Origin: Mustelus asterias
Lineage: Eukaryota
Assembly: GCF_964213995.1 (NCBI RefSeq)
Contig: NC_135821.1
Location: forward strand, 29,884,001-29,948,000
Length of the DNA: 64,000 nt
Direction: 5' to 3'
This document shows positions 12,876 through 26,200 of the stretch, piece by piece; position 1 is the stretch's first letter, and each line of letters begins with the position of its first letter. The notes under the pieces were generated by a model that saw nothing but the letters and a program-made list of their open reading frames with translations, was not told the origin of the DNA and searched no databases. A program made the position numbers and the translations under genes.

Positions 12876-13584
12876 TTTACTTTAAAGAGGTGGAGAGGCA
12901 GAGAGTGAGGAAGAGAGAGAATTTGAGAGGTGGGAACTGAGATCGCTGAAGGCCTGGCTGCCATTGGCTGAGGTGCTCTCTCATGTTGCTGAACGCTGTA
13001 TTTTCCCCTTTGACTTGAGATCAAAAATGAGCCGTGTTCACAGGGACAGGATGTACAAATCTCTAAACAAGAGTGAAGATAAACATGCCCAACATCGCCC
13101 CAATCCTGAGAGCCACCTTTGTTTGTGGCTACATCAAGCTCTGCATAGAACCTTGGTACGCAAATACCAAGTGTCACTATATGCTGAGCTTCTATTTGTC
13201 CCCGGTATTGCGAAGGATGTGTCAGGCAAAGTAGTTAGACCGTGCCGTAGCACCTGTCCCTTGTGGAAAGGTTTATGCAGAGAAACACTTTTGATTTCAA
13301 GACGATCAGGCAGTCGTCAGCACGTAACGTCCTCGAGGCCCCGAGGGAAAAGGAGACGGCAGATCCTGTCGGATGGTTCCCTGAGCGGACTGTCAATGTC
13401 ATTTGGCAGAATGCCTCATCACCAGAACTCACAAACAAGCACCAAGACCTGGCTTGGCTGGTGGTGAGACGGGCACTCCCCGTCAGATCCTTCCTACACC
13501 CCCGGAGTCTCACCCCCTCTGCACACTGCCCTCGAGGTGACTGTGTGGAGAAGAGAGCGCAGTCCACCTCCTTGTGGAATGTGC

Positions 13585-14943
13585 TGTCACAGACAGGAGG
13601 GGAATCAATTTAAACTGTCCCGATTTCCCCACCCACCACCCATCTGTAAACAGAAATGTTTTTAAAAATTGTGATTTCCCCCTTTATATTTTCCCCAACC
13701 CTTGAATTTGGAATGTTCCAAACCTCTATCAAAAACTTGCACAGAAAATCCGGGATAAGATCAAATAAAAAGGGGTCGGTTTATTACGCATGCGTGAAAG
13801 GGATTTCGCAACGTCCACCCCTTTTACACTCACACAATAAATGGTGGGAACCATCGTTGGTTCCCACTGGATAGTGCTGAGCCAGGGGCTGGCCAGAACT
13901 ACAAGGATGTACATATGTTACTGTTGGGTTGTGCTATTGTTGCTGTTGGGTTAGGGTGGGGTTGTTACACCTTTGTATGATAGTGTTGTGGCACATCCCA
14001 GTCGGGCTCCGCCTCCTGGGAGAGGTATAAGAGTCCCTGCTCTGGCCGGGACCCCTTCAGTCTGGGATAGTGTATATAAGTTCTGATAGCTTCATTAATA
14101 GTAAATAAAAGCCTTCATTTACTGAGCTTCGAGCCTTGTGTCTAAATTGATGTGCATCAGGTGGATAAGGAGAAAGGAAGAGGATTCAAAACATGAACAC
14201 ATTAATATACAAGCTGGGGCTTTACAAGTGTCCAGAGTCTAGAATCAGAAGTTAATTGGAATGTTCTGTCCAAGGGAAGGTTGACTGATTGTAGAATGCT
14301 CCGTCTTTCCAGAGTGAGATTGCCACAACGGGAGAAGGCACATAGAGTGAGTTAGTTTGGAGGCACAAGCTCTGAGTTCCAACAGTTGGCAGGTTTGATG
14401 AAGACAGTAAGAAGTTTAACAACACCAGGTTAAAGTCCAACAGGTTTATTTGGTAGCAAAAGCCACACAAGCTTTCGGAGCCTTAAGCCCCTGTTCACAA
14501 ACAGCTGTTTCTTGATGTGGGACAAAGGAAGTATACTCCCACGTCTGGAATCTTGAGCTTTTAAATTGGAGTCAGGATTGGTTGTTTTGGGAGACACTTG
14601 TTTCGGGTTGCTAGCCGAGGCTCATTTGTTGAAACCATCATTAGAATAGTTAATGCTTAGGCCATCAGCTCCGTGAGAGATTTGGATCTGTGAAGGTTGC
14701 CTTTGATCAAAGTTGACTGGCGCTGCTGGGCCACTGTGGTGACTCGGTTGGAATGTTTAAGCTTGGGCAGGATTGTTACATTCCAGATGTTTGTTAACTT
14801 TGAAACCGCTGGAAGGCAACATGTGACCAGCTGGAGTGATCTTGTCAGCTCAGCAAATGTCCATTTGAAAAGCACGAAGAAATGGCTTTATAAAGTAGTC
14901 CAGCTAATGAACATATAATTTTTTTACATGTCTCAACACAACA
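13585..14943. mobile_element. Solo-LTR-like insertion (TG...CA) with nested elements
   Basis: TGTCAC...CAACA flanked by GTGC/GTGT, cleanly interrupting the Tx1 sequence. Confidence 0.65.
13842..14159 (+). mobile_element. Solo LTR related to the Gypsy element at 58958
   Basis: Shares AACCATCGTTGGTT, GAGGTATAAGA, GACCCCTTCAGTCTG, AATAAAAGCCTTCA and the GCATCA end. Confidence 0.85.
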
Positions 14944-17900
14944 GTGTCTTTGCAAAGACGGTCTGGAGCGAGTTGAGGTGGTTTTTGTTGAGGTTCATCC
15001 TGAGCAGCTCCGTGACGCAGGACTTTAATAGAATCCCTACAGCGCAGAAGGAGGCCATTCAGCCCATCGAGTCTGCACCGACCACAATCTCAACACAGGC
15101 CCTATCCCCATAACCCTATTTATTTGCCCTACTAACCCCCTGACACTAAGGGACAATTTAGCATGGCCAATCAACCTAACCCGCACATCTTTGGATTGTG
15201 GGAGGAAACCGGAGCACCCGGAGGAAACCCATGCAAACATGGGAAGAATGTGCAAACTCCACACAGACAGTGATCCAAGCCGGTAATTGAACCCAGGTAC
15301 CCGACAGTGCTAACCACTGTGCCACCGCACCGCCCAACTCTGCTCTACGGGCTGTTTCCAGGGACGCACACTGAGACAAATATTAACTGCTGCTGGAGGG
15401 TCATCAACTCAGTGAAGGACGCACTTTGGTCCACCCAAAACTTGCTGATCTTCCAGTGCAAAGATTTGTCCTTGACGCTGGCACATTCCAAGGTCCAGGA
15501 CTACGTGCTCAGGGACGCGCTCAAGCTTGGGGCAGCCGCCGCAAAGGCACAATGGGGAAAGGCCACCGTGTAAAGCGTCTCAACCGAGGCAGACCGAGGG
15601 GCTGGTAATTATGTAAAACTACTCAGCCAGCATCTTTGTCAGAGAATGTATATTATAAATATCACATGTAATTACAATAGTATTGAACAGCACAAGCTGT
15701 CTGGAAAGAACTGGAACAAGATTGCAGTTTGGGTACCGTAACTATACAAATTTTTATAAATAAAGTATGTATTTTTTAAAAAATGGTTGAGTGATTAAAA
15801 TTATGGATGCATAAGAACCAGAACTGGAGGAGCACAGAGATCTCCGAGGGTTGGAGGAGGTTACAGAGATAGCGATGGAGAGAGCACGGAGAGGTTTGAA
15901 AACAGATGAGAGCCCGGGGGTGATGGATCAGTGTGAACCCATGCCAGATAGAATGTGGGCAACAGATTTGGTTCTGTTGAAGTTTATCCTAGAATTATAG
16001 AATAATTTTAAAAAGCCTTTTGACCCAGTGTGCCCATGCCAGTCCTTTGAGAGAGCTTAATCCTATTCTCCTACTCTCTTCCCAGAGCCTGGAATTACTT
16101 TTCCCCCTTCCAGTAATTGTCCAATTCAGTTTTGAACGTTATTATTGAATCTGCTTCCACCACAATTCCACAGGGTATGTTCCAGATCACAAGTCACTTT
16201 GCAAATAAGATTTCTTTCACACTGCTGTTTTGGAAAGAAAGTTACTGCAAGTAAACCAAATCTGATACTGAATCTCTGAAGGTCACACTGAATTAATCAC
16301 AAGAGATCTATATTTACCATAAATACTTGTGTAAATGTCAAATTTTTATGAGCATTCTTTAGAACGAATGCCATGCGGTCGACTTTTCCGCAGGTAATGT
16401 TCATAAGTGATTGCTCAACGTGCTTCATTTAGGAATAAAGTAAAAACTAAGAACACTAAAGAATTCAGTCTGATTATCAATCATAATTCAACCTTGGCTG
16501 AGAAATCCTTACTTTAATAATTTGAATAAACGAAAACAAAACTTAAAAATAGAAATACTTGAAGTATCAATCTTAGAATCCCTACAGTGCAGAAGGAGGC
16601 CATTCAACCCATCGAGTCGACACCAACTCTCTGGTAGGACATCTTACCCTGGCCCTATCCCCGTAACCCCACTAATTCCCCCCTAACCTTGGGGCACTAA
16701 GGGAGAATTTAGCATCAGCAATCCACCTAACCTGCACATCTTTGGACTGCGGGCGGAAACCAGAGCACCCGGAGGAAACCCACGCAGACATGGGGAGAAT
16801 GTGCAAACTCGACATAGGCAGTTACCCAAGGCTGGAATTGAACCCGGGTCTCTGGCACTGTGAGGCAGTGGTGCTAACCACTGTGCCACCGTGCCGTGGT
16901 GACCTACTTATTGATATTCAAATTGAATAATGAACACCTCCAGGCTTATACTTTGGTTCTGAAATTTTGGACTTTGACCCTTGAACAATTTGGCTGAACT
17001 TTTACAAAAGTACACATGAGCTCAATATCTCAGCTAAGGTTATATTTAAACATCATTTACTGAAAATGATCCACATTTTGGCTTCTCTTCCTACTTTGAA
17101 ACTTCTTTAATTCTTTTGCCTTCTAGGGGAAAGTGGGGTCACAAATTTAAAAGTTTATTTTCTTCAATAGAGTTAAATTAGATGCCGTGAAGAAATTCCC
17201 CATAAACCAATTAACATCTACGTCAATTCAAGACTGCATTAAGGATCACTATATCTGGATACTATCTCTCACAGTGGCACGTGATTGGCACTGCTGCCTC
17301 ACAGCTCCAGGGACCTGGGTTTGGTTCCCGGCTTGGGTCACTGTCTGTGTGGAGTTTGCACATTCTCCCTGTGTGCAAACGGGGAGAATGTGCAAACTCC
17401 GGGTTTCCTCCGGGTGCTCAGGTTTCCTCCCATAGTCCAAAGATGTGCTGGTTAGGTTGATTGGCCATGATAAATTGCTTCTTAGTGTCAGGGGATTAGC
17501 AGGGTGAATATGTGGGGTTATGGGAATAGGGCCTGGGTGGGATTGTGGTCGGTGCAGACTCGATGGGCCGAATGGCCTCCTTCTGCCCTGGGGGGATTCT
17601 ATGATTAACATTCAACATTAATTTACAAAGGAGCCTGAAATACAAATCACTATTATCTCTTTGTGACAAGAATAAACACAGGTGGAAACACAGAGGGAAC
17701 CAACCTGATTCTGTCGAGAGAGAATTTACAGACCTGTAGAAAGGTTTGGTCTGCTCCATATTCTCAGCTTTGGACTGATATGATCTCCACGTTAGAAAAA
17801 AGTCAGTTATTTTTGGTTGGGCAAATGGTGCAGGTTCTCCATCAGTTCCTGTAATCTGATGATGCGGTTTGGGTGGTATGTAAGTGTGTGGAGAAAAGTC

Positions 17901-18094
17901 AGAAGCATATTAAAGATCGAAACAAGAAGAAGCCATTTGGCCCTTCGAGCTCGCTGCACCATTTGATAAGATAATGGCTGATCTGATTGTGGTCTCAATG
18001 CCACATCTTACCCAGGCCTGGCTCCTTGGTGCTGCGAGGCAGCATTGCAGCAGCGCTGTGCCACCATGGGAATTTTATCCCTAGTTCGAGACTG

Positions 18095-18975
18095 GACAAA
18101 TTCCTCTTCAACTCCATTTTCAAGTTTGCTGATGACACCACTGTTGTGGGTCGGATCTCAAACAATGACGAGACAATTGTATTAAGACAGGAAAGAGATA
18201 GAGAATCTGGTGAACTGGTACAAAGACAATAATCTCCCCTTCAATGTCAGTAAAATGAAAGAGGTAGTCATCGGCTTCAGGAAGTGTAAAGGAGAACATG
18301 CCCCTGTCTACATCAATGGGGATGAAGTGGAAATGGTCGAGAGCTTCAAGTTTCTAGGTGTCCAGATCACCAACAAACTGTCCTGGTCCCTCCATGCTAA
18401 CGCTATAGTTAAGATGCCTCTACTTTCTCAGAAGACTAAGGAAATTTGGCATGTCCACGATGACGCTCACCAACTTTTACAGATGCACCATAGAAAACAT
18501 TCTTTCTGGTTGTATCACAGCTTGGTATGGTTCCTGCTCTGTCCAAGACCACAAAAAACCATAATGGATTGTGAATGTAGCCCAATCAATCACGCAAACC
18601 AGCCTCCCATCCATTGACTCCGTCTACACTTCCCGCTGCCTTGGAAAAGTAGCCAGCATAATTAAGGACCCCACGCACCCCGGTATACTCTGTTCACTCT
18701 TCCATCTTCTTGTCGGGAAAAAGATACAAAGGTCTGAGAACATGTACCAACTGACTCAAGAACAGCTTCTTCCCTGCTGCCATCAGACTTTTGAATGGAC
18801 CTACCATATATTAAGCTGACCTTTCTCTATGCCCCATCTGTAACTGCAATGCTATATTCTGCACTCTCCTTTCCTTCTCCCCTATGTGCTCTATGAATGG
18901 TATGTTTTGTCTGTATAGTGCGCAAGAAACAATACTTTTCACTGTATCCCAATACATGTGAGAATAATAAATCAA
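18095..18975 (+). mobile_element. Rex1/Babar-type LINE RT 3' fragment
   Basis: KFADDTTVVGRISNNDE, FKFLGVQIT and KDPTHPG; AATAAATCAA tail. Confidence 0.85.
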
Positions 18976-21900
18976 CCAACATCCTATTGAACGTGTTTCA
19001 ATTCGATCTCCTCTCATTCTCCTAAATTCTAGGGAATGTCGACACAATCTCATCTTAATGCGCAACGCACTGAGCTCAGGATTTAACCTAGTGAGCTGAA
19101 CACGGAATCCTTCAAAGGCGAGTATATCCTTCATTGAGAAAGGAGAGAAAAACTGTACAAAGTACCTGAGTCTGAACAGGGCTCTATATCATTATAGTAA
19201 GACCTCTTTACTCTTATACTCAATCTCAAAGGCTAACATACCATTGTCCTTCCTAATTGTTTGCAGTTCCTGCATATTAACATTCTGTGATTTGTGTACA
19301 GACACCCAGGTCTCTCTGAATACCAACAATTCCCAGTCTGTCACCACTCTGCTTTTTCATTTTTGCCACTAAAGTGGACACACTTTGCCACATTATATTC
19401 CATTCTTGGTCTCTCAGGTCACCCATCTCAATCCTTGTGTAGTCTCATCGAGCCTCTTCACTGCTTGCTAGCTTTGTATCATTAACAAATTTGGAAACAT
19501 TTTACTTGGTCCCTTCATCCAAGTCAATAACTTCAATTTTAAATAGCTGAGACTTAGGCATTGTTTCTTGTTATACACAGCCAACCCGAAAATGACTGTT
19601 CATTCTCTCTATTTTCTGTCCATTAACCAATGTTCAATCCATGCTAATCTATTATCCCTAATCCCTAGATCTCCAATGTTGTGAAATAACATAGAAACAT
19701 AGAAAAACTACAGCACAAACTGGCCCTTCGGCCCCACAAGTTGTGCCGAACATATCCCTACCTCCTAGGCCTACCTATAACCCTCCATCCTATTAAGTTC
19801 CATGTACTCATCCAGGAGTCTCTTAAAAGTCCCTATTGAGTTTGTCTCCACCACCACTGACGGCAGCCGATTCCACTCGCCCACCACCCTCTGTGTGGAA
19901 AACTTCCCCCTAACATTTCCCCTGTACCTAACCTCTAAATAACCTCTTGCGTGGCACCTTAATTAATGTTTGTTTTTGAAAATCCGAATGTACTACACCC
20001 ACTGTTTCTCCGTTATCTGCAAGCCCTGCTAGTTGTAACCTCAAAAATACTCAAAAAGACTTGTCAAACATGATTTCCCTTTCATCATTTCGAACTGACC
20101 CAGCCTAATCATGTTATGATTTTCCAAGTGCCCTATTGAGGGTGGCACGGTGGCACAGTGGTTAGCACTGCTGCCACACAGCGCCAGGGACCCGGGTTCG
20201 ATTCCCGGCTTGCGTCACTGCCTTTGCAGAGCTTGCGGGTTTCCTCCGGGTGCTCCAGTTTCCTCCCACAGTCCAAAAGACATGCTGGTTATGTGCATTG
20301 GCCATGCTAAATTCTCTCTCAGTGTACCTGAACAGGCATCAGAGTGTGGCGACTAGGGGATTTTCACAGTAACTTCATTGCAGTGTTAATGTAAGCATAC
20401 TTGTGACTAATAAATATAACTTTAACTTTTACCATATCCCAAATAACAGATTTAGCAATTTCCCAATGACTGATGTTATGCTAACTGGCCTGTAGCTCCC
20501 TATATTTTCTCTACCTCCTTTCTGGAATATGGGATTACCTTGCTAATTTCCAACTCATGGGAACCACTCTAGAAGTTAGGACATTTTGGACAATTTAAAC
20601 TAATGCATCCACTATCTATCTCCACAGCCACTTCTTATAAAACCAGAGGGCCATTAGTTCCAGGGGATTTGATAACTCTTTGAAACATTTATTTCTCCAG
20701 TACTATGCCAGGTGGCACGGTAGCACAGTGGTTAGCACTGCTGCTTCACAGCTCCAGGGACCTGGGTTCGATTCCTGGCTTGGGTCACTGTCTGTGTAGA
20801 GTTTGCACATTCTCCTCATGTCTGCGTGGGTTTCCTCCGGGTGCTCCGGTTTCCTCCCACAGTCCAAAGATGTGCGGGTCAGGTTGATTGGCTATGCTAA
20901 AATTGCCCTTAGTGTCCTGAGATGTGTGGATTAGCGGGTAAATATGTGGGGATATGGGCGGAGGGCCTGGGTGGAATTGTGGTCGGTGCAGACTCGATGG
21001 GCCGAAGGGCCTCTTTCTGTACTGTAGGGTTTCTATGATATCATACTATCTCTTTATTGATATCAACTTCTTTAAGTTCCTCATTCTTGCTGGGACTCTT
21101 ATTTGTGTTTTTCTGTCCTAAAGACAGATCAATAATGTTTGCTTAATGTCACTGCCATTGCCTGATACTGAATTATCAATTTCCTCTGTTTCTGTCTCCA
21201 ACAAACTCACATTTACTTCTACGCTCCCTTTCTTACATTTCAATAAGAAACTTTTGTAATCTCATTTCCTGTCTCTCGATAATTTCCTCTCACATCCCCT
21301 CTTTCCTTTCTTGATTCTTTTATCAGTCATCATTTGCTGATTTCCAAAATTCTCCCAGTTCTCAGTCTTGCTATTTTTCTTTGCAGCGTTAGAAATATCT
21401 TCCTTTAATCTAATGATATTTATAAATTATTTTGTTATCTATGGTTCGACCACTTTTCCTGTGGGGAATTTTATTCCTTCATGAATTACTTGTGTAAAAA
21501 TATGCAATTGTTTATCCAGCATCGTTTTAATTTATTTAATGTAATTTCCCAATCTACTTTAACTAACTCACCTCTCAGACCTGAGCATATTGTTTTGTTC
21601 AGATTGACCGATACTAGATCTAAAATAAGCTGTTGTTGGTCCCTCAATATTCTGACCTAGAAAACAGTCTTGTATACTATGTCAGCGGCACGGTAGCACA
21701 GTGGTTAGCACTGCTAATTCACAGTGCCAGGGACCTGGGTTTGATTCCTGGCTCGGGTCACTGTGTGGAGTTTGCATGTTCCCCCGTGACTGCGTGAGTT
21801 TCCTCCAGTTTCCTCCCACATTCTGAAAGGCGTGCTGGTTAGGGTGCATTGACCCGAACAGGCGCCGGACTGTGGCGACTAGGGGAATTTCACAATAACT

Positions 21901-23265
21901 TCATTGCAGTGTTAATGTAAGCCTTACTTGTGACTAATAAATCTAAACTTTAAAAAACCTTTTCCACAAACTTCTCCTCTACATTGTTACTGCAAATAAA
22001 GAACAAAGAACAAAGAACAGTACAGCACAGCACAGGAAACAGGCCCTTCGCCCCTCCAAGCCTGTGCCGCTCCTTGGTCCAACTAGACCAATCGTTTGTA
22101 TCCCTCCATTCCCAGGCTGCTCATGTGACTATCCAGGTAAGTCTTAAACGATGTCAGCGTGCCTGCCTCCACCACCCTACTTGGCAGCGCATTCCAGGCC
22201 CCCACCACCCTCTGTGCAAAAAACGTCCCTCTGATATCTGAGTTATACTTCGCCCCTCTCAGCTTGAGCCCGTGACCCCTCGTGATCGTCACCTCCGACC
22301 TGGGAAAAAGCTTCCCACTGTTCACCCTATCTATACCCTTCATAATCTTGTACACCTCTATTAGATCTCCCCTCATTCTCCGTCTTTCCAAGGAGAACAA
22401 CCCCAGTCTACCCAATCTCTCCTCATAGCTAAGACCCTCCATACCAGGCAACATCCTGGTAAACCTTCTCTGCACTCTCTCTAACGCCTCCACGTCCTTC
22501 TGGTAGTGCGGCGACCAGAACTGGACGCAGTACTCCAAATGTGGCCTAACCAGCGTTCTATACAGCTGCATCATCAGACTCCAACTTTTATACTCTATAC
22601 CCTGTCCTATAAAGGCAAGCATACCATATGCCTTCTTCACCACCTTCTCCACCTGTGTTGCCACCTTCAAGGATTTGTGGACTTGCACACCTAGGTCCCT
22701 CTGTGTTTCTATACTCCTGATGACTCTGCCATTTATTGTATAACTCCTCCCTACATTATTTCTTCCAAAATGCATCACTTCGCATTTATCCGGATTAAAC
22801 TCCATCTGCCACCTCTTTATATCCTGCTGTATTGCCCGACAATGCTCTTCGCTATCCGCAAGTCCAGCCATCTTCGTGTCATCCGCAAACTTGCTGATTA
22901 CACCAGTTACACCTTCTTCCAAATCATTTATATATATCACAAATAGCAGAGGTCCCAGTACAGAGCCCTGCGGAACACCACTGGTCACAGACCTCCAGCC
23001 GGAAAAAGACCCTTCGACCACTACCCTCTGTCTCCTATGGCCAAGCCAGTTTTCCACCCATCTAGCCACTTCTCCTTGTATCCCATGAGCCTTAACCTTC
23101 TTAACCAACCTGCCATGTGGGACTTTGTCAAATGCCTTACTGAAATCCATATAGACGACATCCACGGCCCTTCCTTCATCAACCGTTTTTGTCACTTCCT
23201 CAAAAAACTCCACCAAATTTGTAAGGCACGACGTCCCTCTTACAAAACCATGCTGTCTGTCACTT

Positions 23266-26200
23266 AGGACCAGATCGCCTCCACGGAGGCAGGCTCAGGG
23301 GTCCGGAAGGGAAAGAAGGGGTTTAGGAGAGCGATAGTTGTGGGGGACGCAATGGTTAGAGGTACGGACAGGCGCTTCTGTGGGACTGAACGAGAATCCA
23401 GGATGGTAGTCTGCCTCCCTGGTGCCGGGGTACTGGATGTCTCCGAGAGGGTAGGAAGCATATTTAAAAAGGAAGGTAGTCAAACGGATGTGATTGTACA
23501 CATTGGGGGAAATGATGTAGGTAGGAAGAGCAGGGGGGTCATACGAGAGAAATTCAGGGAGTTGGGTGCTAGGCTAAAAAGAAAGACCTCCAGGGTAGCA
23601 ATATCTGGACTGCTCCCGGTGCCTAGTGCAAGTGAGGCTCGGAACAGGGAAATTCTACAGTTGAACGCGTGGCTAAAGGACTGGTGCAAGAGGGAGGGTT
23701 TTTAAATTCAGAAGATAACTGGGAAATCTTCAAGTCAGGATGGCAACTGTACAGAAAGGATGGGTTACACCTTAACTGGAAGGGAGCAAATATCCTGGCT
23801 GTGAGTTTTGCTAGAGTGTTTCGGCAGGATTTAAACTAGTGTGGCAGGGGGGTGGGGAACAAAACAGGAGGTCAGTAAATACTGAGGCTGGGGTCGAGCT
23901 GGGGGCCAGGGCAAGGCTAGCTAAGAAGATGAGCACTCTGGAGGAGGAGGACCTGACTGGGCCTGGAGGTCTGGAGTGCATCTGCTTCAATGCGAGGAGT
24001 GTAACGGGTAAAACAGACGAACTTAGGGCCTTAATGCTTGTGCGGAATTTGGATGTGGTTGCGGTGACGGAAACTTGGTTAAAAGAAGGACAGGACTGGC
24101 AACTGAATATTCCGGGGTATAAGTGTTTTAGGCGAGACAGAGGAGGGGCTAAAAAAGGTGGGGGAGTAGCGATATTAGTTAAGGAGCATATTACCGCGGT
24201 ACAGAGGGTAGACAACTTAGAGGGGTCATGTACTGAGTCGCTGTGGGTGGAACTCAAAAACAGGAAGGGTGCAGTCACTATGCTGGGGGTGTACTACAGA
24301 CCACCCAACAGCCCACGGGAAGTGGAGGAAAGGATATGTCAGGAGATTCTGGATAGGTGCAGAAAAAATAGGGTTGTTGTAGTGGGGGACTTTAATTTCC
24401 CTGGCACAGACTGGAAAGTGCTTAGAGCTGGGGGACCGGACGGGGAGGAATTTGTAAAATGCGTACTGGAAGGTTCTTTGGAACAGTATGTAGATAGCCC
24501 GACTAGAGAGGGGGCTATACTGGACCTAGTTCTGGGAAATGAGCCCGGTCAGGTCGTCAAAGTTTCGGTAGGGGAACATGTGGCAAATAGTGACCACAAC
24601 TCTGTTAACTTTAGGATAGTAATGGACAAGGATGAGTGCTGTCCTACGGGCAGGGTGCTAAATTGGGGGAAGGCTGACTATAGCCGGATTAGGCAGGAAT
24701 TGGTGGATGTTGATTGGGAGAGGATGTTCGAGGGTAAGTCCGCGTCTGGCATGTGGGAGTCTTTTAAGGAACTATTGATAAGGCTGCAGGATAGGCATGT
24801 GCCTGTAAAAAGGAAAGATAGGAAAGGTAGGATTCGAGAGCTGTGGATAACCAGGGAAATTGAGGATCTGATTAAAATGAAAAGGGAGGCGTACGTTAAG
24901 TCCAGGCAACTGAAAACAGATGGAGCTCTGGAGGAATACAGAGAGAGTAGGAAAGATCTCAAACGGGGAGTTAGAAGGGCAAAAAGAGGTCACGAGATGT
25001 TCTTGGCAGGCAGGATTAAGGAGAATCCTAAGGCATTCTATTCATACGTTAGGAACAAAAGAGTTGTCAGGGAGAAAATCGGACCTCTCAGGGACAAAGG
25101 AGGGGAATTATGCTTAGAACCCAAGGGAATAGGGGAGATCCTAAATGAATACTTTGCATCGGTATTCACGAAGGAGAGGGGTGTGTTAACCGGGAGTGTC
25201 TCGGAGGGAGGTGTTGACCCGTTAGAGAAAATCTCCATTACAAGAGAGGAAGTGTTAGGTTTTTTAGGGAACATTAAAACTGACAAAGCCCCAGGGCCTG
25301 ATGGCATCTATCCTCGACTGCTCAGGGAGACGAGAGGTGAAATTGCTGGGCTTCTGACGGAAATCTTTGTCGCTTCTTTGGACACGGGTGAGGTCCCTGA
25401 GGATTGGAGGATAGCGAATGTGGTCCCGTTGTTTAAGAAGGGTAGCAGGGATAACCCAGGAAATTATAGGCCGGTGAGCTTGACGTCCGTGGTAGGGAAG
25501 TTGTTGGAGAGGATTCTTAGAGACAGGATGTATGTGCATTTAGAACGGAACAATCTCATTAGTGACAGACAGCATGGTTTTGTAAGAGGGAGGTCGTGCC
25601 TTACAAATTTGGTGGAGTTTTTTGAGGAAGTGACAAAAAAGGTTGACGAAGGAAGGGCCGTGGATGTCGTCTATATGGATTTCAGTAAGGCATTTGACAA
25701 AGTCCCACATGGCAGGTTGGTTAAGAAGATTAAGGCTCATGGGATACAAGGAGAAGTGGCGAGATGGGTGGAGAACTGGCTTGGCCATAGGAGACAGAGG
25801 GTAGTGGTCGAAGGGTCTTTTTCCGGCTGGAGGTCTGTGACCAGTGGTGTTCCGCAGGGCTCTGTACTGGGACCTCTGCTATTTGTGATATATATAAATG
25901 ATTTGGAAGAAGGTGTAACTGGTGTAATCAGCAAGTTTGCGGATGACACGAAGATGGCTGGAATTGCGGATAGCGAAGAGCATTGTCGGGCAATACAGCA
26001 GGATATAGATAGGCTGGAAAATTGGGCGGAGAGGTGGCAGATGGAATTTAATCCGGATAAATGCGAAGTGATGCATTTTGGAAGAAATAATGTAGGGAGG
26101 AGTTATACAATAAATGGCAGAGTCATCAGGAGTATAGAAACACAGAGGGACCTAGGTGTGCAAGTCCACAAATCCTTGAAGGTGGCAACACAGGTGGAGA

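Larger units (their letters stand above)
13030..15785 (+). mobile_element. Tx1/L1-clade LINE 3' portion, split by an LTR-like element and a SINE
   Basis: HQDLAWLVVRRALPV...CPRGDC...HLLVEC zinc-knuckle region. Resumes at 14944 and 15335. AATAAA/A-rich end at about 15758-15783. Confidence 0.8.
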
